Below, piece after piece: positions 42,743 to 53,283 of a stretch of DNA of 64,000 bases. Below the pieces are notes generated by a model, which did not search any database, was not told the origin of the DNA, and worked only from the letters and a program-made list of their open reading frames with translations. The first letter of the stretch is position 1; each line of letters opens with the position of its first letter. The stretch comes from an uncultured Acidimicrobiia bacterium (GTDB lineage Bacteria > Actinomycetota > Acidimicrobiia > Spongiisociales > ZC4RG35). Made by a program: the position numbers and the translations under genes. Location: the NCBI GenBank assembly GCA_963772815.1, contig CAVYYV010000003.1:64765-128764 (forward strand). Reading direction: 5' to 3'.

Positions 42743-44014
42743 GTGTCGGCTGGGCGAGACTCCGATCTCTGGAAGCGCTTCATAGAACTGGGGTCGAGTC
42801 CATCCGATACAGACCAGCAGAAGGCGTACAAGTCGACACACGTCTTGATGTCGGCCGTGACTGCAGCTGTCGTGTTGCTGTGGTCGGTCGTCTACCTGGT
42901 TCTCGGTCTTGGCCTTTCGGCCGCCATTCCGCTCGTCTACGCCTCGCTCACCCTCCTCGGGCTAGTCGTGGTCGCCCGGACCAAGCGAATCAGGCTGTTC
43001 CGCGCTTCACAGATGACAATGTGGCTCACGTTCCCCTTCCTGCTCCAGTGGAGCGTTGGCGGCTTCGTGAACGGCAGCGGCGTCGGCATATGGGCGGTAG
43101 GGGCGCCACTCTTGGCTTCCCTGATCGGAGCCGTGCCCGGCCCGTGGTTCGTGGGCTTCATCGGCCTGTCGATCGTGTCCGGCCTGATAGACAGCTTGGT
43201 GGCGGTCTCAGCTCCGCCGATTCCACCAGGAGTGGTCACCACCATGTTCGTCCTCAACTTCCTCGGCGTGGCATTCGTGATCTTCGTGTCCCTGCGCTAC
43301 TTCGTCCGCGAGCGTGAGCGCACCCTCCACTCACTCGAATTAGAGCAGGAGAAATCGGAGAGTTTGCTTCTCAACATCCTGCCCGAGGAGGTGGCAACCA
43401 GGCTGAAGGCGGGTGAAGCCGTGATCGCCGACAGAATCGAAGACGTGACGATCCTGTTCGCCGACCTGGTCGGGTCCACACCGTTGTCAGAGCGCCTCAG
43501 CCCCGATGAGCTCGTCCGGTTCCTGAACGAGATATTCACGCCCTTCGACGACCTCGCCGACCGGCTAGGCCTGGAGAAGATCAAGATCATCGGTGATGCC
43601 TACATGGTGGTGGGCGGGTTGCCCACGCCGAGGCCGGACCACGCCGAGGTTGTGGCGGACATGGCCCTGGCTATGCGTGAGGAGCTCAGGAAGCATCCAC
43701 TCGATGGATTCGGCCCCCTCCAGATGCGTTACGGGATCCACACGGGAACCGTGGTTGCCGGGGTGATCGGCAAACGAAAGTTCAGCTACGACCTCTATGG
43801 GGACGCGGTCAACACCGCTTCCCGGATGGAGTCCCAGGGCATCCCCGACGAAATCCAGGTGAGCGAAGAGGTGTATCTGGAGCTTCGGGACGACTACGTG
43901 CTCGAACCGCGGGGGCCGGTCGATATCAAGGGCAAGGGCATCATGAACACCTACCTCTTGAAGGAGACGCGGCATCCTGTCTCGCAGGAAAGTGAACGCC
44001 TCGGCGGGCATTAA
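42743..44014 (+). CDS. membrane-anchored class III adenylate/guanylate cyclase
   Basis: Six N-terminal TM helices; catalytic domain ILFADLVGSTPLSE...KIKIIGDAYMVVGGLP...GIHTGTVVAGVIG...YDLYGDAVNTASRMES. Confidence 0.85.
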   Translation: MSAGRDSDLWKRFIELGSSPSDTDQQKAYKSTHVLMSAVTAAVVLLWSVVYLVLGLGLSAAIPLVYASLTLLGLVVVARTKRIRLFRASQMTMWLTFPFLLQWSVGGFVNGSGVGIWAVGAPLLASLIGAVPGPWFVGFIGLSIVSGLIDSLVAVSAPPIPPGVVTTMFVLNFLGVAFVIFVSLRYFVRERERTLHSLELEQEKSESLLLNILPEEVATRLKAGEAVIADRIEDVTILFADLVGSTPLSERLSPDELVRFLNEIFTPFDDLADRLGLEKIKIIGDAYMVVGGLPTPRPDHAEVVADMALAMREELRKHPLDGFGPLQMRYGIHTGTVVAGVIGKRKFSYDLYGDAVNTASRMESQGIPDEIQVSEEVYLELRDDYVLEPRGPVDIKGKGIMNTYLLKETRHPVSQESERLGGH

Positions 44015-44423
44015 CCACTCGAAACGCCAGGGGACGAGAACATTCCTAAAGAGGAACGACAGCGTTTCGACCGAGAGGTGGACGACCTCATGTGACGGCC
44101 GGGCAAGGCCATCCACTCGTCGGCCGGTAAGAGTAGAGGGCAGTCCAGATCGCCCGCGGCTTCCTTCGGGGACTGTACGGGCGCAGGCCCTATTGCCTGG
44201 TCAGAGGCCTGGGCCACCCCAGAGCCGGTCCGAGAGCCGCATAAAGAGCCTGTTATGCGACCCGAGACGCATAGACGTGTCCGCTCACGAGAGACTCCGA
44301 GCTCCTCGTCGGGAGTGCGGGTGGGCCAAGCGGATTGACCATCGCCAGCTCCGACGTACCCCTTGACGGCCAGTGACGAAAAAGCCTCGGCCGCCCTACG
44401 AATGGCATTCCGGCGATCCTCGC

Positions 44424-45635
44424 TCAGTCGCCAGGCCTATGCACCCAAACCCCGACCACGGCCGGTTGCATGACCTCGGCAACGACCGCCACCGACTCGG
44501 CGGTCAACTGCCCCACATCCAAACCGTCCTGGAGGCGGTCAGCGAAGTCATCGACTACCCGCTGGGCGTCGTATTGGGAGCGGTTGAAGCGCCGATCCAC
44601 CCACCACAACACCCGACGCCGCACCGGATTGAACAGTGCTGCCACCACCAGGGTCGACCCGGCCACGAACAACTGAGGCTGCTTCCCCATGATCTTGGTG
44701 GGTAGCCACACCGCTCCCACAACGTAAACGAGACCGAGGCCCGCCACCACCAGGGCGTAGCCCACCGTACGGGAGATGATCCGGTCGATTTCAAACAGTC
44801 GGTAGCGGGTGATCGCCACCGTGATAGCGATAGGAATGAACGCCAGGGAGACCGACATGAGAAAGCCGAAAATGCCGCCTTCGGTCCCGGTGACGGCGTT
44901 ATCGAAGAGATTTAGGGCGTACATGACGACGAACACGACGAACGAGAAGGTCACCCACCTGATCTGGGCACGAATCGTCTGTGACGACCGGCGATAGCGC
45001 ACCACCACCGCCGGTATGGCCCCAACGATGAGAGAGAAAAGAGCCAGGCCGAAGATCCACTGGAGCCATCCTCCGTCAGCCCACCACTCTGTGGGGATGA
45101 ACCCGAACGGGTTGTGCGTAGTCCAGTTCTGGTCTGGAAAATCGGATAGTCCGACCTCATTCAGAAACAGATAGACGAGGAGCAGTTCGACACTCAACAC
45201 GGCAGCCACCCAACCAGCCCATGCCCAGCGACGGGTGAGGAAATGCCCAGTCGGGAACACATACAGCAGCAGCAGTACCAACGCAGAACCGATGAAGAAA
45301 CCAGAGTTGACCCCGGCCAGGATCGCTACATCCCACAGAGAAGGTGGCTCGGGATGGTTGGCCACCAGATTGAGTCCAATCGCCTCCAGCAGGAATGCTG
45401 GGCCGACCAGGAGAAACAGCCAGGAGATAGGGTTACCTGGGTTCCGTGTGGCGATGATGACTCCGAGAACCGCAAAGCCGATTGGGACCAGAGCGAATGA
45501 GAGGTTGAAGAGGCCGACCTGCTCGCTTTCGGACACGACGACGAAGATCGTCAGGGCGAGAGTCAGCGTCGTCGTCGCCCACGGCAGGACAGTCCCGAAC
45601 CGGGACCATCCTGTCGTGCCGCGTGGCGCCGTCAT
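44424..45635 (-). CDS. polytopic membrane protein (sensor-kinase-like N-terminal membrane domain, no kinase module)
   Basis: ~10 TM helices then ...RRRVLWWVDRRFNRSQYDAQRVVDDFADRLQ..., a segment commonly found before HK domains. Confidence 0.5.
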   Translation of the reverse strand: MTAPRGTTGWSRFGTVLPWATTTLTLALTIFVVVSESEQVGLFNLSFALVPIGFAVLGVIIATRNPGNPISWLFLLVGPAFLLEAIGLNLVANHPEPPSLWDVAILAGVNSGFFIGSALVLLLLYVFPTGHFLTRRWAWAGWVAAVLSVELLLVYLFLNEVGLSDFPDQNWTTHNPFGFIPTEWWADGGWLQWIFGLALFSLIVGAIPAVVVRYRRSSQTIRAQIRWVTFSFVVFVVMYALNLFDNAVTGTEGGIFGFLMSVSLAFIPIAITVAITRYRLFEIDRIISRTVGYALVVAGLGLVYVVGAVWLPTKIMGKQPQLFVAGSTLVVAALFNPVRRRVLWWVDRRFNRSQYDAQRVVDDFADRLQDGLDVGQLTAESVAVVAEVMQPAVVGVWVHRPGD

Positions 45636-45798
45636 GTCACAGAACCTAGACCTTCACCGGTTACGAGATCGTTACGTGTGGCGAGACCGACCTCCGGTCA
45701 ACCAGATGCGGGCGGATTTACCCGACACCTAACAAGGTCACCCCGACTCCAGACGCAAGCGCGCGAAACCCCTGGTCCGGGCATCCCTGCGACAGCCT

Positions 45799-45860
45799 GT
45801 GACCTGGGCCTTTGTCGTGGGCGTTGACGGATTCGAACCGCCGACCTCTTCCTGTAAGGG
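45799..45860 (-). repeat. 62-nt direct repeat of the 3' half of tRNA-Val plus 18 nt of 3' flank (att-like, island distal end)
   Basis: Identical except for 1 indel to 47770-47832: TGACCTGGGCCTTTGTCGTGGGCGTTGACGGATTCGAACCGCCGACCTCTTCCT(T)GTAAGGGA. Confidence 0.75.
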
Positions 45861-46051
45861 ACTATTGGCCCGATTCGGCGACCTCGGGAAACGGGCGAAA
45901 AGGGGCCTCTGATACATGGGGAAATGATCTCGAACTGTCTCGGGCCATCTCGGGCCGTTCGGACCCCTCTGGTGTGGGCGCCGTGTGGCTGTGTGGTTGC
46001 AATAGGCCCTGAGAGCCGATTCCGTCCGAGTGCGTCTACTAGCGTGACCGC

Positions 46052-47416
46052 ATGGCTCAGGACCAGAAGTTGCAGAGGGCACGCCTAATACCGGTCTCTG
46101 GGATCGGTTCAGTACAAGAAGCCGAGCAGCGAGCCACCTCCGCTCTCCTGGCCGTACTCACCGTCGTGCGAGATCTCTCCGACGAACTGCTTGGGCCTCT
46201 GGGTGCCTCCCGGGCCGCCAAAGCAACGGTGGATGCTTACTCCGAGGTCATCATGAACCTCGACGGGAGGAACATCCGGCCTGACGGTTTGATCCGGGTC
46301 ACGTATGGGAAATCGTCTTGGTCCACGCTGGTAGAGGTGAAGACGGGGGACAACACGTTGGAAGCGGACCAGATCAACGCCTACTGGGACCTCGCCCGGG
46401 GTAACGGCATCGACCACATCCTCACCATCTCGAACGAGATCGCCCCCAACCCTGACGCACACCCCACTGACGGGTTGAAGGTGAGATCCAACTCACGGGT
46501 GGGGGTGTCCCACCTGTCCTGGACGGCGATCCTCTCAGCCGCCATCCGTATCCAGCAGCACACCGGCGTTCAGGACCCCGAGCAGGCATGGATCCTGGGT
46601 GAGCTGATCCGTTACCTCCAGCACCCGAAGTCAGGGGCGCTTGATTTTGAGGACATGGGACCCAACTGGGTGTCAGTCAGAGAGGCGGCTCACACCGGGG
46701 ACATCACCAAGCACTTCGACGGAGTCGACGACGTGTGTGCCCGATGGGATCAACTCATCCGCTTCGCAGCGCTTCACCTCGCCTCCGAGATCGGAGAGGA
46801 CGTCACCATGGTGCTCAAGCGAGGGCACCAGGACCCGAAAAAACGGATGGCAGCCCTGGTGGATGACCTCTGCTCCGACGGTGTGATGTCCGGTGTCCTC
46901 CGTATCCCCAAGACGGCCGGGGACCTGGAGATCTGGGCAGACCTCCGCTCCCGGCAAATCTCAGCTGCCATGGAGGTGGGCGCTCCGGAAGACAAGGGTG
47001 CTGTCGGGCGTGTCTCGTGGCTGGCCCGCCAACTGTTAGACGGCCCAGGAGACTTGATCATCGAGTCCTATCCAAAGAACGCCCGCACACCGACAATGGC
47101 CAGTCTGGAAGAGGTCAGGGACGACCGTCGAACCGTGCTGGATGAGCAGAAACGAGACCCCTACCGCTTCCGATTGCTGCTACGTCGGGATATGGGGATG
47201 GGGCGCAAGACGGGCCGCAAGAACCCGGGGTTCATCACGTCCGTGATGGCGTTGATCGAGACCTTCTACGGCGAGGTCGTGCAGTACGTTCAGCCGTGGC
47301 AACCACCAGCACCCCAGATGAAACGCTCCAGCCAAGCACCGGCGGACGACGAGGCTGATGACGAAGTCACTGAGGAGGAAAGCTGGACAGGATCTGAATC
47401 GACCCGGGCGACATAA
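46052..47416 (+). CDS. 454-aa hypothetical protein with an N-terminal PD-(D/E)xK-like nuclease motif and an acidic C-terminal tail; the only gene in the tRNA-Val mini-island
   Basis: ...IRPDGLIRVTYGKSSWSTLVEVKTGDN... (D...E.K spacing typical of the restriction-endonuclease fold); no recognisable family otherwise. Confidence 0.45.
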   Translation: MAQDQKLQRARLIPVSGIGSVQEAEQRATSALLAVLTVVRDLSDELLGPLGASRAAKATVDAYSEVIMNLDGRNIRPDGLIRVTYGKSSWSTLVEVKTGDNTLEADQINAYWDLARGNGIDHILTISNEIAPNPDAHPTDGLKVRSNSRVGVSHLSWTAILSAAIRIQQHTGVQDPEQAWILGELIRYLQHPKSGALDFEDMGPNWVSVREAAHTGDITKHFDGVDDVCARWDQLIRFAALHLASEIGEDVTMVLKRGHQDPKKRMAALVDDLCSDGVMSGVLRIPKTAGDLEIWADLRSRQISAAMEVGAPEDKGAVGRVSWLARQLLDGPGDLIIESYPKNARTPTMASLEEVRDDRRTVLDEQKRDPYRFRLLLRRDMGMGRKTGRKNPGFITSVMALIETFYGEVVQYVQPWQPPAPQMKRSSQAPADDEADDEVTEEESWTGSESTRAT

Positions 47417-47769
47417 CCGACCGAGTGGATTCTAACCCCCAGTGTGCCGGGTCGTAGTTTTGAAGGTGGTGGCTTCGGCTTCGTGGACGTGAGGCGACCC
47501 GCCGGGCGTCCTCCAGGTAATCCGATGCCCTATTGGCGTGTTGCCTGCATCGAAGTATCCCATGCCCGAACGGGCGGCCGACTCCCTACTGCGCCTCCCT
47601 GCTCCCATCCCCACCAGGTGGAGGAGTTCGTCATCGAGATGGCCAGGCCCGGGTGGCTATCGCCAGGGGGTTCGGGTGACCGTACTCGGTGCTACGCCTC
47701 TGACCCAGCTGTGTGGCCCTGGTGTGGCTGGCCCCACGGACAAGGCCCAGTCCGGAGCAGAAAACGCTC

Positions 47770-47832
47770 TGACCTGGGCCTTTGTCGTGGGCGTTGACGG
47801 ATTCGAACCGCCGACCTCTTCCTTGTAAGGGA
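47770..47832 (-). repeat. direct repeat copy overlapping the intact tRNA-Val (att-like, island proximal end)
   Basis: See the 45799-45860 repeat. Confidence 0.75.
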
Positions 47833-47861
47833 AGCGCTCTAGCCAACTGAGCTAAACGCCC
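47788..47861 (-). tRNA. tRNA-Val (anticodon TAC)
   Basis: rc: GGGCGTT-TA-GCTC-AGTTGGCTA-GAGC-G-CTTCC-CTTACAA-GGAAG-AGGTC-GGCGG-TTCGAAT-CCGTC-AACGCCC-A cloverleaf, 74 nt, CCA not encoded. Confidence 0.85.
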
Positions 47862-48039
47862 GATCGGGTCGGTCATTGTATCGGTCGAGGCGGAGCCCGC
47901 TTTCGGACTAGTGATTTCGATGATCTATCAATTCACCCCCGTGACGGCTTCACTTTCCGGAGACCTGGGCCGATATCCCCTACAGGACGGATCGCCGCGA
48001 CCCGTCGTCACCAGGATCGCCACGCTCACCGGGACGGAC

Positions 48040-48981
48040 ATGGCCAACGCAAGACAGAGAGAGACCGACGCCGATGCCATCCGCCGGTATCTCGATGGGA
48101 TAGGGCAGTTTGCCCTGCTCACTGCCGAAGACGAGGTACGGCTCGCCAAGCAGATGGAACGGGGGCGCCGGGCCGCCAAGGCCCTCGAAGAGGGCACCGA
48201 GTCCGAGGATCGAGTCAAACTGCGCCGCTACGTGACGGTCGGAGACCGGGCACGACGGGAGTTCATCCAGTCGAATCTCCGTCTGGTGGTCTCCATCGCC
48301 AAGCGTTACCCACACGCCAATCTGTCCTTCCTGGATCTGGTTCAGGAAGGAAATCTCGGCCTGATCCGGGCGGTCGAGAAGTTTCAGTACCGGAAGGGAT
48401 TCAAGTTCTCCACCTATGCCACATGGTGGATCCGTCAGGCCATCACCCGCGCTATTGCCGACAAGTCACGGACAATTCGGGTCCCGGTTCACATGATCGA
48501 CACCATCTCGGCGGTCCAGACTGCTGAGGCCAGCCTCGTCAAGCGCCTCGGGCGCGCCCCTACGGACTCGGAGATCGCCGAGGAGTCCGGCGTTGATCTG
48601 AAGAAGGTGCGCGACGCAAAGCGCGTTGCACCGGAGCCGGTGTCACTGTTCCAGCCCGTGGGAGAGGATTCGGCAGTTCTGGGTGACTTCATCGAGGACG
48701 AGGATGCGATTCCCGCCTACGACCTGGTTGTGCTCCAGCTCGATCTGGAGAGCTTGCGTTCGGTACTGACCCAACTGGGCGACCGGGAGCGGCGCATCCT
48801 CGAAATGCGCTACGGACTCAACGGACAGGATCCTTCCACCCTCGACGAGGTAGGTCGGGAATTCAAGGTCACCCGAGAGAGAATCCGCCAGATCGAGACC
48901 CGCGCCATCGAGAAGCTCCGCCAGACGTCGCCTGCCGACCCTCGGGCGCTCATCGGGAGCTTCCCGGGCCGCTCCGACTGA
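48040..48981 (+). CDS. group 1/2 sigma-70 family RNA polymerase sigma factor (SigB-like)
   Basis: Region 2 [43 protein letters not shown], region 4 present. Confidence 0.85.
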   Translation: MANARQRETDADAIRRYLDGIGQFALLTAEDEVRLAKQMERGRRAAKALEEGTESEDRVKLRRYVTVGDRARREFIQSNLRLVVSIAKRYPHANLSFLDLVQEGNLGLIRAVEKFQYRKGFKFSTYATWWIRQAITRAIADKSRTIRVPVHMIDTISAVQTAEASLVKRLGRAPTDSEIAEESGVDLKKVRDAKRVAPEPVSLFQPVGEDSAVLGDFIEDEDAIPAYDLVVLQLDLESLRSVLTQLGDRERRILEMRYGLNGQDPSTLDEVGREFKVTRERIRQIETRAIEKLRQTSPADPRALIGSFPGRSD

Positions 48982-49021
48982 ACGGGACGGTCGAGTCGAT
49001 CGTCCCGTCCCCCTGGTGGAT

Positions 49022-49324
49022 TCAGGCCGACTCGACCAGAGCCGCCAGTTCGTCGCGAGCCGCCTCGACGGGCAGGTGAGCCTCGGAGTGTCGGGGTCTC
49101 CCCCGCCCCCGCTTTCGGTGGTAGGCCTGACCGTCCCAGAAGATCACGCCTCCCCACACCCCGTACTCGAAGCCTTCGGCCAGGGCCAGTTCCAGGCAGG
49201 GAATGCGGACAGGGCACCCTCGGCACACCTCCTGGGCCGCAGCCAGGTCGGATGCCCGCTGGGAAAAGAACAGATGATGGCTGCTGCCTTCGCTGCAACT
49301 TCCGGACTTGTAGATGTCGTGCAT
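49022..49324 (-). CDS. WhiB-family (Wbl) transcriptional regulator
   Basis: Four Cys (C..C...CRGCPVRIPC) and GVWGG turn. Confidence 0.7.
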   Translation of the reverse strand: MHDIYKSGSCSEGSSHHLFFSQRASDLAAAQEVCRGCPVRIPCLELALAEGFEYGVWGGVIFWDGQAYHRKRGRGRPRHSEAHLPVEAARDELAALVESA

Positions 49325-49591
49325 TTGCAAACCTTTCGAGAGGATTGGCGACCAACAAAAAAGCCGCCGGGTCGGTGGCCGGCGGCTGTAGTCGAGGGGA
49401 TGCTCGGATCTATTGCGTGAGCCGCCGGATGGGGGTATCGCCGAGAACAACGGCGTCGCCCGTAGCGAAAACGGACGCGGCGAAACCCGTCATGGTGAAG
49501 ATCGGGTTGATGGTGCGCTTCCGCTCCACTTGTTCCTCGTGGTTTGCGATGCGATGAAACGTACGGTGTCGCCGACGGCCTGTCAAGGGAA

Positions 49592-51076
49592 TTACGACGA
49601 CGGCGCCATCGGATGGTCGGGGCGGTCCGGAAGCTGCCAGATGCGACCAGTTCGAGCCAGCAGCTCCGTTGCCGAGGGCGGGCCCCAGGAGCCGGCCGGG
49701 TAGGGATCCGGATTATCGCGGTCGAGCGCCGGTTCCACGATGCGCCACGCCTCCTCGACCTCGTCAGCTCGGACGAACAGCGTTTGATCGCCGGCCATGA
49801 CGTCTGCCAGCAGAGTCACATAGGCTGCGGGGAGGGATCCATACGCCTCGTCATACTGGAAGTGAAGTCGGTTGGTTTGGAGCTTGTACCCCTCGCCCGG
49901 CACTTTCATCTCGAAAGCCAGTTCGAAGCCCTCGGACGGCTGCAGGCGAATATCGAAGACGTTGGGGTGCATCACCATGGCGGAGTCCGGCTCGAACAGG
50001 CAAACAGGGGGCTCCTTGAACACAACCGACACCTGGGTGAGGCGAGTGGTCATTCGTTTACCCGCCTGGATGTAGAACGGTACGTCTTTCCACCGCCAGT
50101 TGTCCAGGTTCAACCGGAGGGCGGCGAACGTGGCCGTGGTGGAGCCGGAGGCGACTCCCGGCTCGGAACGGTAACCCTGAACCTCCTCACCATCTATCTC
50201 CCCGTCGACGTACTGACCTCGCACACAATCGTCGGGATCCACCGGGTAGATCGACTTGAGAACCTTGACCTTCTCGTCCCTGATCGCCTCCGGGGTGGTC
50301 TTCACGGGAGGCTCCATCGCTACCAGCGTCAACACTTGGAGAGCGTGGTTCTGGATGATGTCGCGGATCACGCCCGCCTTCTCGTAATAACCCGCCCGAT
50401 TGGCGATGCCGATGTCTTCGGCGACGGTGATCTGCACGGAGTCGATCCGGTCCCGATTCCAAGACGATTCGAAGAACGGGTTGGCGAAGCGGAGCGCCAG
50501 CAGGTTCTGGACGGTCTCTTTGGCGAGGTAGTGGTCGATGCGATAGATCTGGTTCTCGTCGAGCCAACGATGGAGCACAGAGTTGAGGTGCGCGGCCGTG
50601 TCCGAATCGCTCCCGAAAGGCTTCTCGACCACCACCCGCACCCATCCCGAAGACGAGACCAGGCCATGCTTGCCCAGTCCCTCGATGGTGTCATCGAAGA
50701 CAGACGGCGGAATCGCCAGGTAGAAAGCGCGGTTACCGGACAAGTCGAAGCTCTTCTCCACCTCACAAATGCGGGTGGCAAGCTTCTCGAACCCGTCATC
50801 TATCGCCTGGTACTGGACGTGGTCACTGCACCAGGCGGGCGCATCGTCAAAACCAACGTCGGCGAGGGCCTCGGCGACCATGTCCTGATAGGCCTCGTCG
50901 GTCATCTGGCCCGCAGCCACTCCGAGTACTTCGACCTCGTCATCGAAGTCGCGCCGGCGCAGCAGTTCATAGAGAGCGGGAAGGAGCCTCTTGTGGGCCA
51001 GGTCTCCGGTTCCTCCAAAGACGATGAAGAGGTGGGGGTCGATCCCAACGGTCATCACGCCCGGCGTGTAAGTCAT
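49592..51076 (-). CDS. zwf: glucose-6-phosphate 1-dehydrogenase
   Basis: FIVFGGTGDLAHKRLLPAL, DHYLAKE, RIDHYLG motifs. Confidence 0.9.
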   Translation of the reverse strand: MTYTPGVMTVGIDPHLFIVFGGTGDLAHKRLLPALYELLRRRDFDDEVEVLGVAAGQMTDEAYQDMVAEALADVGFDDAPAWCSDHVQYQAIDDGFEKLATRICEVEKSFDLSGNRAFYLAIPPSVFDDTIEGLGKHGLVSSSGWVRVVVEKPFGSDSDTAAHLNSVLHRWLDENQIYRIDHYLAKETVQNLLALRFANPFFESSWNRDRIDSVQITVAEDIGIANRAGYYEKAGVIRDIIQNHALQVLTLVAMEPPVKTTPEAIRDEKVKVLKSIYPVDPDDCVRGQYVDGEIDGEEVQGYRSEPGVASGSTTATFAALRLNLDNWRWKDVPFYIQAGKRMTTRLTQVSVVFKEPPVCLFEPDSAMVMHPNVFDIRLQPSEGFELAFEMKVPGEGYKLQTNRLHFQYDEAYGSLPAAYVTLLADVMAGDQTLFVRADEVEEAWRIVEPALDRDNPDPYPAGSWGPPSATELLARTGRIWQLPDRPDHPMAPSS

Positions 51077-52648
51077 GACAATCCCTCTACCAGTGCCTCC
51101 AGGCCACCGTCGGTGACATCGACTCTCATCACCCTCCTGTCTACCTCCCGCAGGGCCGCATAGTCCCCATCCGCCTGGGCGGCGATGATCCGGCCGAAGG
51201 TGTAGTCGGTCTCGGGGACCGGTACGTCGTCGCTCGCCCTGTCCACCACCTGCACATACAGACCCGAGCTCGGTCCGCCCTTGTGGAGCTGACCGGTGGA
51301 GTGGAGGAAGCGGGGGCCGTAGCCGAATGTGGTGGCGCAATCGTGCCGCTCGGCCACCAGTTCGCGGAAGCGGTCAGCCGCCGCATCGTGGTCGGGACCC
51401 GGGGCGAGATATGCCTGAAGGGCCACATAGTCCCCGGGACGGACCTGAGCCAGGAAACGCTCCAGACGAACCCGGAAGGTCTCACCGCCCACCGGGACCG
51501 GCGCCGCCGCATCTTCGCCATCGGACTCACCCTCCATTGCCCGTCGGGCCAGCTTCTTGGCGCGCTCCACATCGGGCTGGTTGAAGGGGTGAACCCCCAT
51601 CACCTGTCCCGCTGTGGCAGTTGCTACCTCGGCGCGCAGCATCTCTGCTCCCAGGTCGAGAGGCTCGGTCAGGTGGAAGCGGACCGAAGGCAGACTCTCC
51701 GGCAGCGGGCGCCAGGTTCTCATCTCCAAGCACGTAGTCGACAAAGACCCTGTCGTAGGAGTAGTCGGACAGCGAGGGCTCACCGGCGACGGGGACGATG
51801 CCGGTGCCGTCCTTTCCGAGGCTTTCCGCCACCAGTTGCTCGAGCCAGAGGGGGAACGAGGCCAGGCCCGACGTGGTCCGGAACGTAAGTTTGTCGTGGC
51901 CGTTCATGGCATGCGCCGCCCAACCCAGCCCCAGAGCGATGGCGGGATCATCGGCCGCCTTGTTGCCGGCGGCCGACTGCGCCAGGCCCCGCGCCTTGTC
52001 CAGCAGCCCCTCGATATCCATCCCCATGATCGCTCCTGGCACCAGGCCGAAAGGGGTCAGGGCCGAATAGCGGCCACCCACATCGGGCGGCGCCAACACA
52101 ACGGCCCGGAATCCTCGCTCGGAGCCCAGGTCGGCCAAAGGCGTTCCCGGATCCGTCACGGCTATGAAACGGGATCCGTCGCCGCCGACCTGCGCCCAGA
52201 AGTAGCGGAAGAACGAGAGGGTCTCGAGCGTGGTGCCTGACTTGGAGGAGATCACGAAGGCTGCCCGCTCGAGATCGATCGCCGCCGTCGCCTCCAATAC
52301 GGCCGACGGATGCGTCGAGTCGAGGACCCGGACCCGCGGGAACGAGGGGCCGGATCCGAAGACCTGGGTGAATACCTCAGGCGCCAGGCTCGATCCTCCC
52401 ATTCCGCACACCACTACGTCGAGGATCCCGTCATCTACCAGGCCCGCGGCCAGGCCGGTCAACTCCTCCACACGGGGAGCCATGGTGTCGTACAGGTCCA
52501 GCCAGCCGAGGCGATCCGCCAACTCAGGGATCGGCTCCTCCGACCAGACGGTGGGATCTCCATCCCACAGTCTTTGGGGGTACGCGTCGGCATCCCAGCG
52601 GATGGCGGCCGAATCGAATCCGGCGATGGAAGTCAGGGATTCGTACAT
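51073..52648 (-). CDS. pgi: glucose-6-phosphate isomerase with an apparent frameshift near 51700 (GG vs expected GGG)
   Basis: N-part ...CGMGGSSLAPEV...ISSKSGTTLETL in one frame, C-part ...HLTEPLDLGAEMLRAEVATATAGQVMGVHPFNQPDVE in another; ATGA coupling to zwf. Confidence 0.8.
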
Positions 52649-52701
52649 GACATCGAGTATGGCAGCGGTCGCGGATCACCCCTCATGGGCCTCCAGCTGC
52701 A

Positions 52702-53172
52702 ATGATTGGTGTCATGTGGCGCCGCTTGCTCAAGGCCGTCATCGCCGTCAACCTCCTCGTCGCCCTGACGGGGCTGGCTGCGCGCCTTCTGCTCCGGAGC
52801 CGAGGCGGGCCCGACTCCGATGAGGTGGATCTGGTCACCGTGTTCGAGGGCCTGCACCTGCGCAGTCATTCGTCGGCGTTCATGGGTGGGAGCACCCTGG
52901 CCCTGTTCGGGGGGATCGTGCTCGACCTGAGGCGAGCCCAACTGGGACCGACCGGGGCCAACCTGACCGTCCTGACCCTGATGGGGCTCACCGGGATCGT
53001 TGTGCCACCCGACTGGCGAGTCGAGACCGACGCCCGGACATGGATCGGGGGCCTGGACGTGTCCAACGAGCGACCGCCGGATCCCGCCGCCCCGACACTG
53101 CGTATCCGGGCTCGCACCGTGTTCGGTGGTCTCCAGATCGAATCCCGTCCCCGCCTCGAAGCGGTCTCCTGA
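52702..53172 (+). CDS. LiaF-like (DUF2154-type) cell-envelope stress membrane protein
   Basis: Two N-terminal TM segments and C-terminal ...DWRVETDARTWIGGLDV...RARTVFGGLQI. Confidence 0.5.
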   Translation: MIGVMWRRLLKAVIAVNLLVALTGLAARLLLRSRGGPDSDEVDLVTVFEGLHLRSHSSAFMGGSTLALFGGIVLDLRRAQLGPTGANLTVLTLMGLTGIVVPPDWRVETDARTWIGGLDVSNERPPDPAAPTLRIRARTVFGGLQIESRPRLEAVS

Positions 53173-53190
53173 GCCGGCTCTCCCCCTTTA

Positions 53191-53212
53191 CCTGCCGCCT
53201 TCGGCAGCAGGG
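53191..53212. terminator. hairpin between convergent genes (bidirectional terminator candidate)
   Basis: CCTGCCGCC-TTC-GGCAGCAGG. Confidence 0.3.
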
Positions 53213-53283
53213 GACAACAACAAGGTCAGTCCGCCGAATCGAAGGTGGAAGGAGCGGGGTCCGATACCCGGCGTTGGCACGAT

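Noticed and set aside
45808-45852. Second tRNA-like sequence
   Set aside because: Only the 3' half of tRNA-Val is present, with no matching 5' acceptor or D arm. It is a partial att-type repeat, not a gene.
49544-51163. 539-aa plus-strand ORF
   Set aside because: Antisense to zwf.
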